A stretch of 63,737 bases of DNA, filler included, from Perkinsus chesapeaki ATCC PRA-425 (lineage: Eukaryota; Protista; Perkinsozoa), in the NCBI GenBank assembly GCA_013115145.1. It is 10 parts of 10 records of this genome, joined end to end, with 100 filler letters (N's around TTAATTAATTAA, not from the genome) between each part and the next. Parts side by side here need not be neighbours in the genome. Positions count along the whole stretch, not along the records: positions 49,694 to 58,686 come from JAAPAO010000953.1; positions 58,787 to 62,118 come from JAAPAO010001430.1; 8 more parts are not named here. One strand, given 5' to 3'. The position numbers and the translations under genes are program-made. The notes beneath the pieces are model-generated. The model ran no database searches. It was not told where the DNA came from and saw nothing but the letters and a program-made list of their open reading frames with translations. This document shows positions 50,166-60,992 of this stretch, piece by piece. How positions within the stretch are numbered: the stretch's first letter is position 1; each line of letters starts with the position of its first letter.

Positions 50166-52106
50166 TCTTCACTGCGCCACGAAATTATTAGAGGGAATAC
50201 TACCATTTTGTGTTTTATGATTCTCATCTGATTCATTGGATGTCATTTAAGCGTTTGGTTTGTCGGATCTTTGAGTTTTGCTGGAGCTTCATATCTGACC
50301 TAGAAAGTATCTTTCCAGGCGCAACCTCGGTATCAACAGAGTCGTCCAGAAGCATCTTGGTATTGGATCAGCCCGTAAAGGCGGTGGCAAAGGCTTCGGC
50401 GCCGCTGGTGGAGCCCGGCCAGGTCGGTTTAGGAATATCAGCTATCGACCACCACAACGTCCGTAAATTATACTACCTGTGTTTTCCGTGGATGTAGTGC
50501 CGAGTTCAAGGAGGGGGCGCGTGACTTAATCAACAGGGACTTTGGAGACCTTGATGTCGTGCTTCGGAGGAATTAAGGTCGCCGACTTTAACAGCGGGAA
50601 AATTTTGATAAGGGACAAATCTGCTCATATCTCTGGGAAGATGTTACTGAATTTATTGAGGCTACGATGATCGCGCCGTCGCCTCCTCTGGTAACTTTCG
50701 TGTGTGTTCCATAGCATTTAGAATGTCTGAAGAGAACTCCCTTCTATTGCCGGCGCCGGTATGGTATGATAAAGGAGCGTATTTGGAGTCAGCGACCAGT
50801 GGGAATAAGATATGCCGCAATTTCGAGGCGCGGTGCCCACAGAACATCAGGATTGGCGGTACTATTGGCGATCGTGGGCTGCGGACTTTGGAAGGCTTCC
50901 CATTATCCTACATACTTGGCAAGTGGATTCGAGCCAGATGAGCTTTCCCGAGTGGTTCTTTCGACAACCGAAACGAACTACTTTCGGGTTTCGTTCACTT
51001 TTCACAACTATAAGTCCATCTCGAGCACTCCAGGAGCGAGAGCCGTTTAGCTCTCTTAGGTTGTCCGTTGTACTTGAGAAACAATCTTGCTAACCTAAAA
51101 CCATGTCCGGGCTTATCCTTAGGATCTATAGTTGAAATGCTTACAGCCACAAGGGTATTCCATGTGGAGTGCGTCCGAATCGACGGAATCGTCACCACGT
51201 GTCTGGCAATCCTGGGAGCACAACTCAATCAAAGTTGATGCTTTGTTTCTCGCATTGCTAATAGTCGCTGGTATATTACCTATCAAGTACCCATGATACT
51301 CAACAGACGTCTCGCATCTAGCCTCGTTCGATATACACTAAATCTCCACGTTTAATTAGTTGCCGGCGAGAACCTGCCAATAAGTTTGCCGTGGGAGTGT
51401 GCTGAACTTCCTGGCTTTTTACATCACGCGTACTGTATATATTTTCCCGTATAAGACATGCTTCCAAAACATGTTTCTGGTTAGGTCGTAGTATAATCCA
51501 TAAGGGTTGTGTCCTTCATGGCGACCTCGGAAGGATAGAGTGCAGGAAATGGGTGGTCCTTGGAGAAGATACAGTATTAAAGCCATGTTCACAGATGGAG
51601 AGGGTCGAGGCTGCTGCTGCTGCGGGCGGCGGCGGCGGTCGATGCCAGGAATATGATCGGGCTGATCTTTTCATTGGTACCAAATAGGCAAATTTCACTA
51701 CAATAACCCTCCTTAAGAATTTATATACCCTTCGGGGTCCTTACACGATTGTCGTGGACTAGCGTAAGTGAAACTCGAATCGTGACATAGGTTTCACTTC
51801 TTAGGAGCATAGCGAGCATCTAACTGAGATTCGATAGTTAGGATATTACGCTGCCCTGCCAGAGTGGGGGACCGAATGGATTGGAAATACAAATCAAGCG
51901 TTCGTTTGAATGAACTTAAGACGCTCACAATGCAAACCTCAATGAGCTGTTGTTGTTGTTTGTTCTGAATCCTCGACACCTTTTCCTGTGGTCAGGGGAG
52001 TATGTCTGTATAGGGCCGAGGACGACCGTACGAGCGGCACATATCGGCAATTATGTGTAAGCCAACTATAGGATGGCATCATCATCTTCATTGTGGTTTT
52101 ATTATT

Positions 52107-52247
52107 TCGTGGAGGGCTGGGACTTGGGGGGACTAGGTCGACGGCCCGCTTGCTCGTGGAGGGCTGGGACTTGGGGGGACTAGGTCGACGGCTCGCTTGC
52201 TCGTGGAGGGCTGGGACTTGGGGGGACTAGGTCGACGGCTCGCTTGC
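52107..52247. repeat. 47-bp G-rich minisatellite, 3 copies
   Basis: Unit TCGTGGAGGGCTGGGACTTGGGGGGACTAGGTCGACGGCYCGCTTGC at 52107, 52154 and 52201. Confidence 0.96.
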
Positions 52248-53650
52248 GGAATGGATTTTAGAGAAAGTAAACTTGTGCCCTTTTTGATAATTAAAGATAG
52301 GTGGAAGCCTTCCACTGGAATGCATTATAATATGCATAACTGTAAAAACTGAATAGACGAAAAAGGTTCAATGTAGGGAGAGCAGCAGGTATTTCAGGCG
52401 CATTGGGGACGACTGCATCTTGGGTGAAGGAAGCATCATTAAAGGCCATAGTGCGATAATGCCTAACACTAAGGTCGAAGCGTGCATTCCGCTCCGTAAT
52501 AAGATACGCTGATAGATACCGAGCGGGACAACTGTACCGCCGTTTCACATTGTGGGACCGGCTGATGATTGTGATGAAGGTATCGAGGGCATTCGTGGGC
52601 TTGGCTAATCGAAAAATAGTGCATTCTATAAAGCGTGGGTAAACTGGCAAAAATCATTGAGGGCATTGTTAGAACTCGGGGCTCACCAAGCGTCACGCAG
52701 AAGTGTTCATGGAGGTTTCCTTAGTTTCTGGAATGCAGCGGTAATGTTATAGTGAACACATTTAACAAATTTAATGACCTACCGATCCTTTCTATTATTA
52801 TTCTAGTATAGCGAGGCTAATGATGGTTTTCATCAGTTTGCTCTTCAAACTGTCTTCGATGGTTGCGCCTAGTTCGGCAAGAAATTGTGTTCTTTGATTA
52901 AATATAAACATCAAAGGCGGTCCTCGCAGGAACATTTGATGTCCTTCCATTACCTCTCGCTGTGCTTAGAGACTGATGCGTCGCAAGGGTGGGGAAGTAC
53001 TCGTCAGGAATTTTAGGGACATGATCTACTGCATATTTGACTTGAAAGCGCGGAGGCTGCTATCGCCAGCACTAAAGCCAACGGCTCGAGAGTTTCGAAA
53101 ATGAGTATGGGAAAACCTAATGGATCACGGGGGCGAATCCTGAGCAACTCAACTCGAGTTAGTCCATATGAACATGAGATAGGCCATGAAGGTTCGATCT
53201 CTGAGGGGGGGGCCTGGTGGTGGTAGAACTTGTATTGTGGAGTCTCTTGTTATCAGGGTTTGTGATATTAGCAGAGCTTCCGCCGGCATGGGAGAGAGCG
53301 ATTGCGGATCAGATAACAGACATGTATTACGCGTTGAAGCCGAGGCCTACTACTACTAATTAAACAGTTTCTTGATGGACGGGGTGGTGTTATTGGCGGT
53401 AGCTCTATTGGAGGATGTAGAACATCGCAGTAGTGATGTCATGCTACATAAGTTCTAAGTACTTCTAGATCGGTTTCGTGATCTCATTATATGCTCTCAT
53501 AACATTGTTAATGTATAGTATGCGAAAGTTTCAAACCGAAACGCTGAGTATCCGCGCCGAGACTATTGTTTTACTGATCTGCATAACAAATAGGAACACC
53601 CTGTAGGTTGGTCATGGTGATTGTTCTATTGCGGTAGTTTTAGTTTAGTA

Positions 53651-54238
53651 ATGGTTGCTGAAGTAGATCCAACGCCTCCTCCTCCCCCATCTGGCCAGCA
53701 ACAGCAAGCATCAGAGTCCCCATTAGGAGGAGAAGACACCCGAGCGGCAGCGGGCGGCGCATTGAGGCTACCAGCAGTTCAACGTGGAGGATCCGGCAGG
53801 TTACGACATTACTCCAATCACAGCAATGGGCGAAGCGAAGATATCGATTCACTTACTTATTCCCAAGACGGCAGTTCGGTCCGCATTAGAAGGGATGGCA
53901 CCGGCACCAGTAGCATGCGATCAGCTGGAATAGCTTTGACGCCTAGCGACTCCCAGTTGTGGTCAAATAGCCCAACTCAAGGCCCTGGACTGGCGCCATC
54001 GACAACAAGCGCGAGCGCTGGAGTTGGACTGAATGGTGAACCCCTTACTGTGGAGGGGCCGCCTATGGATGATGATGAGAAGCCGAGTGGCAGAAAGGCG
54101 AAGCGAAGCATATCTGATGATAATGGATTTGATGACGATGACTGGGATGATGAAGTTCTATATTATGGAAAGAGCGATAAGATACGAGACGACAAAGATG
54201 CGGCGAAGTCTGGTTGCTGCGGTTGCGTCATTATGTAG
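53651..54238 (+). CDS. Disordered protein ending in a CaaX prenylation box (GCCGCVIM*)
   Basis: Intronless 195-codon ORF rich in P, S, G and D that terminates in CVIM with two upstream cysteines. Confidence 0.75.
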   Translation: MVAEVDPTPPPPPSGQQQQASESPLGGEDTRAAAGGALRLPAVQRGGSGRLRHYSNHSNGRSEDIDSLTYSQDGSSVRIRRDGTGTSSMRSAGIALTPSDSQLWSNSPTQGPGLAPSTTSASAGVGLNGEPLTVEGPPMDDDEKPSGRKAKRSISDDNGFDDDDWDDEVLYYGKSDKIRDDKDAAKSGCCGCVIM

Positions 54239-54745
54239 ACCGCTTGTCGGCATTATTAGCTCGAGCCTCGAGTCCGATTTTTGGCGACCTTTCTCAAAAG
54301 TCTTGGTCGTCTACGAATTGCGGAAAAATATTTCGTGATATTTTTGCTCTCAGTTCTCAGTTGTTTCTTCTAGCACAGATGAGCCTCCTTATCGATGCGG
54401 TGGAGGGTCTCTCGCTTTGAAGAAGTGTGGAGCAAATATCAGAATATTGTTATTTCCTGTATATAGCACTTTCGTAGTGTTGTCCGCTCTATATCCACTG
54501 GAGCCCCGGGCCTTCGGTCCCATAGCGGCACTACGCCCCTGTATGATGATGATGATGACAATGCGAGTGACTGTCATTCGCCTTGTTGTTGTCGTTATCG
54601 TTGCTGATCTGGTCGCAATGTATGGTCAGAACATTTTGTATAAAATTACTGCACCGCGGAAGCGGCGGCCACTCGCATTGTTTCTAGAAACCGTCTGTGT
54701 TGAATGTTGGGGGATTTGTGGAGGGAGCGGTATCAGTTTGGTTAA

Positions 54746-55313
54746 ATGCAACAGCAGGCGGCTCCACCGACTTGTCCTATACCACCAGCTCCGGCATATT
54801 ATGAGGATGGTATGTCATTGGATTCATTAATAAGAGCGGCATGGAGAACACAATATCAAGCATTTCAAATAAAGATGCATGGCAATTTAGATTCAGCATT
54901 AGATGAACCAAATAATAGACCTAAACTACATAAAAAGGGTTTATCTAGAGGAGAAATGATAAGACGACAAAGGTGCGGCTCAAAGGTTTACGCTTGTGGG
55001 AAATCGTATTTTTTTCAGAAATGAGGATCGAAGTGGCGGTAGTCACCGACGTGATTATGAGGATGACACTGATGAAGATATGCGCGGAGATAACAGGTCG
55101 GACTGCTCCGAAATGATGACCGCTGCGCCACGAAATTCATTCAGGAACCGCCAGAGCCGATTTGGTGTTCATAGAGGAATACAGAGACAAGGCATGCGAG
55201 GATACGACAGACGAGATGACCGAGGGAAGGGCAGCGGCCATCGTCGACAAAATAGAAATGTCACTTTGGTGGTCAACGACCGCGGCAGAGTGCAACGCCG
55301 GAATGACCGATAA
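54746..55313 (+). CDS. Hypothetical two-exon protein with an R/D/G-rich C-terminus
   Basis: Exon 1 MQQQAAPPTCPIPPAPAYY...EMIRRQ, an intron GTGCGG...TTTCAG, then exon 2 RNEDRSGGSHRRDY...QRRNDR* in phase. Confidence 0.6.
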
Positions 55314-56383
55314 TAATGTGATTTTGCTCTTTGTTGTAACATTTTTGATGATAAAGTTGATGATCTACACCGTCTTGGATGGGGGCTGTGATTGTTGAGA
55401 TGTTTTGTTATCAATCGGAGATGGGGGAATCTTTGGAGTTCAGCAGGTGTTTTTATCATTATCAACCTTTACATTATCTATTAACTATTACATATTTATT
55501 ACCGCTTCCCTGCTCATTAGTAAAACTCATTACTCAATAGCTTTAACATAATACGCTAAAATTGCGCGTGGTTCCCTTGCTGTGGAATCCACAGTGTGGA
55601 TCTTCAGCTCTTCCTCTCGTTGTAGCTCAGAATGATTCATCCTGGATGAGTCGTCAGTGGGAATCATGACCTCTACGCAGAGGAATAGACATACATCAAA
55701 TCTCAGATACGTGTTCTGCAACTGTGGGGCACCGGGAGCCTCAAGGCAAGGACGTTTAGATGCCTCCGTGAGGATCTCTTGGCTGTGTCATTTCCCTCGA
55801 TTTTCTGCCTCCTTGTACAGCTCTCTGTGGGTAGTTATAAGGCATTACTTGACGCTGATTGATTTCAGTGTGGTTTAGCTCCTCTGTGCTGAGATATGAT
55901 TCAAACCACATGAATATGAACTCTAATTAAGTCATTTAATTAATTATCATTTAAGCTCCAGGGTTGAGTACCTCTGAATGGTGCTGGAACGACTCCGGCT
56001 GGTTAAAGCTCGGCCGGTGGTGTTATAGCTTGTGTCGCAGCGTTTGTTAACTATGGTGTTATTATTTTCATCAACACGGAGGTTGTTGAAGGCAAGTAGC
56101 AGTCGGGGTGGTGATTTCCTCACGGGAGCGAAGAGAAGAGGTGTGCAGGGGAGTTTTTGGGTGGTAGCGAACAACAGTCATTTGTGATGGAAAAACCGTA
56201 AAAGTTGCGAACTTGGTTAGTAAGCGGGAAACCTCGCCTTGATGTACACATTATCTATGAATGCTACTATAGGTGTTATAGGTTATTTAATATTACCTAT
56301 CTGTTATCGATACGTGTGCTCATCTCGGCCGCACAATACTTTAATAGGGAACTCATATATAGTTAATATATGCTCCCTTTAAT

Positions 56384-56593
56384 CCCCTATATAGTTAATA
56401 TAATATTCCCTATATAGTTAATATAACATTCCCTATATAGTTAATATAACATTCCCTATATAGTTAATATAATATTCCCTATATAGTTAATATAATATTC
56501 CCTATATAGTTAATATAACATTCCCTATATAGTTAATATAATATTCCCTATATAGTTAATATAACATTCCCTATATAGTTAATATAATATTCC
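56384..56593. repeat. 23-bp AT-rich minisatellite, about 9 copies, running into an N gap
   Basis: Unit TTCCCTATATAGTTAATATAAYA. Confidence 0.96.
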
Positions 56594-58208
56594 NNNNNNN
56601 NNNNNNNNNNNNNNNNNNNNNNNNNNNNNNNNNNNNNNNNNNNNNNNNNNNNNNNNNNNNNNNNNNNNNNNNNNNNNNNNNNNNNNNNATTCCCTTTATA
56701 GGTACCCCCTTAAACTCCGTCGTAAGATTTGTAGAGCGCAAGTGGGCCATACAGGCCCAGCACTACGCCAACTGCCCTGATTCCAGTGACGCCGACCGAG
56801 CCATGGTAGTGGCATGGTGGAGCTAAGATTCTCAGGAGGTCACTTGGCGTTCTTTCAGTACTCCATGGTTTCCGGCCGGATGCTTCAGAGCGGCTATGGT
56901 TGTGAGAGAGATGAGGGGAAGGCCTTTGAATACTTGTAGGCTTAGATTTTTGTTAACGTTGATAACGTTGTAGTTGATACACGTTAAGTTCGGGGACAAT
57001 TTTGGTCTGTTCTCCACCAGCTACGCCAAAGTCGCATAGGAATTATGGCGGCCAGGATGAATTCAAAGAGAACTGGGATGTGTTCACGTGTTGGCTGAGG
57101 GGAAAACATTGGAAAATATTTGAAAATTTAGGAAAATTTTGGAAAATTTGGGTAAACTTTGGGATATTTCTGGATATTTCGACACAAGGAAATATTTCTA
57201 TGACGATTTGATAAAGGACAACTGAACCTGGCGCAGATTCCGGCACTGCTTGCTGATTTCCGAGAAATCATTTCTTGGCTTAGTACTGATTCAAAGGAGT
57301 AATGTGTTTCAGTTCCAAGGCTGCTGCATTAGGGCACTTGGACGCCCAGAAGATATTGCAAGGTTTCAATACGAAGGAAGATTTAACCTGTTACGAATGA
57401 CATCTCCTTTTTAACGTCGTTGCACCGCCCACTCATAGCCAGGCATAATGAGCCAGCAAAACTAGTATTTCATTTTGCGGTGCATGGACCTTCTGTATAG
57501 GAAGGGGCTTCGTTATCATCACCATTGTGAGGTGAAGTTTCAGAATCGGGGACAGCGGTTGCACAATGTATTATAGTAGTTATTGATAGGAGTTAGGTGG
57601 TCTCCGTGCTGGAGAGCCCGTCTCCGCGAGCTTCGCCCCAAAAGTATTTTTATCCTCCTGTGCTGGACTTTGACGGTATAATTGAACGGAAGCTAAAGTG
57701 GAGGAATGTTTGCGAAGTTGTTGTGTTATTAATTTGTTCAAGAATGACGGGATGACTCGAACGTCTTGGACCTTGTCGTTCGATGTAAATGTCGAGGTAT
57801 TCTTACCCATTCTTCGAGTCACTGCCTTTGCGGACCTGTCTTAATGATCGCTCTGGTTGAGGAGCCACGTGCATTGTCTTCATCAAACGTCATTGCCATT
57901 TTAGCGCTTTATTCCCGCTAGTCATTGAACCTGGTCCGAATTCGGACTACTAATCTATTTTCCGGAATTTCGCCATTTTTTCATTCTTTTCGGTCATATA
58001 GCAGAAGGCGTTGGAAGCGCGTATATATTTCGAATATCCGTAATTGCCTATATAGTATAATATGATGATCATCACTATCATCCGTTGGGAAATCTCTTGT
58101 TAGGAAATAATTCAACTCCATAGGATTTTTTTCGGGGAAAATATTTTTGGGGGAAATTTTTCCACGTTATCCGAACCAAAACAATCGGCAGGCTCTTTTA
58201 TTGCTATC

Positions 58209-58441
58209 ATGCCAGCCGTGCTGCCGCTTCCAGAGTCGCTTCCGAAGGCCGTGGCTCGTCCGGAGGCGGTGGGAATAGATACGCGAATTGCAGCTAAAGT
58301 GAAGCAGATGAGGGAGAGAGATGCTTCTAGGTGGGTTCGTTGTTATTTCTGGGGAAAAGTTGGTATGACTTTAGACGGCCAAGATTCTTTGATGCCAAGA
58401 TGCGGACCATTGGAGTTGACAAGAACTTTTTGGATAACCAG
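58209..58441 (+). CDS. RIB43A: RIB43A-family ciliary protofilament ribbon protein, first two exons (truncated by the contig end)
   Basis: Exon 58209-58330 and exon 58375-58441 splice to ...ERDASRRPRFFDAKMRTIGVDKNFLDNQ, matching the RIB43A motif R.F.A..RTIGVD...L..Q. Confidence 0.75.
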
Positions 58442-58504
58442 GTGAGATGAGGGTTGATAATAATATTTATTAAATTTATGTATCAACTCAGTATACCTTA
58501 TATA

Positions 58505-58686
58505 TTATTATATACAGCTATTATTATTATATACAGCTATTATTATTATATACAGCTATTATTATATACAGCTATTATTATTATATACAGCTATTATTAT
58601 TATATACAGCTATTATTATTATATACAGCTATTATTATTATATACAGCTATTATTATTATATACAGCTATTATTATTATATACAGC
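58505..58686. repeat. 19-bp minisatellite, about 10 copies, in RIB43A intron 2
   Basis: Unit TATACAGCTATTATTATTA, with one 16-bp variant. Confidence 0.96.
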
Positions 58687-58894
58687 NNNNNNNNNNNNNN
58701 NNNNNNNNNNNNNNNNNNNNNNNNNNNNNNTTAATTAATTAANNNNNNNNNNNNNNNNNNNNNNNNNNNNNNNNNNNNNNNNNNNNGGACCGGAGCCTCG
58801 CTGAGTTCCTGCTTCCCTGCAGCAGCCCGGGAGTAGAACCCAGGACACGTTGATTGACTTAATTCGTTCGCGTTATACACGACCAGTTCAGAAC

Positions 58895-59275
58895 TCAGTA
58901 GCTGGTTTGCCTAAACAAAGACAATGTCTTTAAGACATACATATGTTTATGTAAAGACTGTGGCACTAGTGCCTTACCGGTATGACATCTGCGTGTGGCA
59001 GAGCAGTACGAACCCTCCAAAGATGGAGTTGGTAATTTATACAGCGAATGCGACGTACGACCGTTAGCGACTAGGATCACGGAAATTCCTGAAGATGATG
59101 CTGTAGTACACACGAGGTTTCTATGATACGAACTGGATAATAAGATTGAGTAAGTAGGCTTCACCCGTGCCGCCCGGGGCATCAAATATGAACCAGGCAA
59201 CTTGCATGGTCGAGTGAGTCTTCCTGTGTACGGACCGTACTGTACGGTTTTCAACTGGTCAAAGTTTCGAGGCCC
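58895..59275 (-). mobile_element. Helitron Rep/helicase (PIF1-like) remnant
   Basis: GPRNFDQLKTV, FIFDAPGGTGEAYLLNLII and, after a frameshift, ASSSGISVILVANGRTSHSLYKLP. These match the Helitron motifs GPTSFEDLRTV, DGPGGTGKTFL and ASSGIAA.LL.GGRTAHS.FK.P. Confidence 0.75.
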
Positions 59276-60797
59276 TGTTTCCGTAATCTAGAAATAGCTG
59301 TGATGCATTCAAATGCAAGTGGCTTGGGTTTGATGCATTCAATTCCGACTAAATCCTGTATATTCAAGTTGCGTAATCCAACTAAGACGGAAACAGCGAT
59401 GAGCAAAGGCACACTCAATCCATTTGAATCTTCTCCGCAACGGAGTTGTCAATGACAACTTGTCGTCTGATTAAGATGATGATGAGCCTCTTCGCCCAGT
59501 GGTCGCCTCACAGGTGCTCCCCTGTCAAACTAGTAAAAACTAGCTGTACTTACTGGTTCCCGAGTCAAAACTTGGATTTTGATTCTCTAGGCACCTCCAG
59601 ATAAAGGGGAATCTTTTCTTCTGTAGACTATCAGCTAGTTCGCTCTGGTTAACGAGGAACAGTTCGTACGCACGCACGCACCGGCGAAACGACCTATTCC
59701 CAGATAATGAGCTCCGCTCGCTTCGCTCGCTCCGGAATTTCAATTTGACAGCTTTTTTTCAGAGCTACTCGCATTTCTTACTATACAGAACTTGTTGAGA
59801 CTTGGAAGTCGGATGCTAGACTCCTATTAGTATCATACTAATAGTATGTGAATATGTCTGTCCGACTTCGGAACACGGGTGCCACCCCGTCGGGTGAGCT
59901 CATATAGGCGCGGATTATTCGAAGAAACACGGTATCCTAATATTATTTGGCAGGCTGTATACAAGTATATCGTTTGATGTCGATTATCACGGGCCCTGAA
60001 TCAGGGCGTGAAATTCGGTAGCCTACAAACCGAAAGTCTGGATGGTCCGCAAAGACAGTTCAAACCTGGGTAATTCAGTCGAAAACGAGACGTATCGAAA
60101 CCAAAAGCGTCGGTACCCGAAATCGAAATCCGAAACAGTTTCAGTTTGGTTGCCAGTATCAGCTGATACAAAGCGTTTGGAGCCCATTTCTCCTTTCACT
60201 TAGAAAAGTTCACTCACCGACGCCAGTAGTAGCTAAGCTTCTTGCCCTAAGGAAGCGATAGACTGAGTTTGTTACTCCCAAGCACGTGCCGAGTAGTCAG
60301 CATAGGTAGACATTCACAAGGGCTGATGAAACCTCGTGTCACTGACTCCGACCTGCCCCCAAAACGGTCGACCGTGGCCACGATAAGTATGCCGGGGGCA
60401 TACGCGGTTGCAGGGTAACTTTTGTAATCACGGCCCTCACCTTGAGCAAAGTGATTGATGAGGTCGGAGAACCCATCAAGGGTAGGCTTGTGAGTCACGA
60501 GTTGTGACGTGACAATTCCTGTAAATGGCTGTTGAACCAAACAAAAGGTTGAGATGATTCACAATCCACGTGGTTTTGTGTCTGCATACATCGTACTCAG
60601 GCGTCCATTCTTCACTCTGCTGAGTACAACATGAATGACAGAAATGGTCCTTAATTCACGGTATCTGTGTACGCTGCGTACAGTACGCGTGCGGCTCCAC
60701 CCAGATGCAAACTTTGCACAGTGTCAAATTAATAATTCTAGTTCCATATTAATAATCAGTAGCTTATAAGCTCACTTAATCCTCGTAGTTATTAGTT

Positions 60798-60992
60798 ATG
60801 TTCAAGTACATCATATTCGTCATCTCCAACATCATCCACCTCACTACTGCCGGTGATGTTCTGGACAAACCTTCTCAACCAAGAAGCCTCGCCAGTTTGG
60901 CATGCTTGGGATGCAGTGGAACCTGCCAATGCTACGGCCAGGGTTTCAAGCAGCGATGTTACTGCCGGGATGGCACTGCTCTAAGAGCTTAG
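60798..60992 (+). CDS. Small secreted cysteine-rich peptide (64 aa, six Cys)
   Basis: Signal-like MFKYIIFVISNIIHLTTA, a short pro-region ending in R, then CLGCSGTCQCYGQGFKQRCYC. Confidence 0.6.
   Translation: MFKYIIFVISNIIHLTTAGDVLDKPSQPRSLASLACLGCSGTCQCYGQGFKQRCYCRDGTALRA

Noticed and set aside
57100-57180. GGAAAATTT-type ~10-bp degenerate repeats
   Set aside because: Low-complexity intergenic sequence with no further structure.
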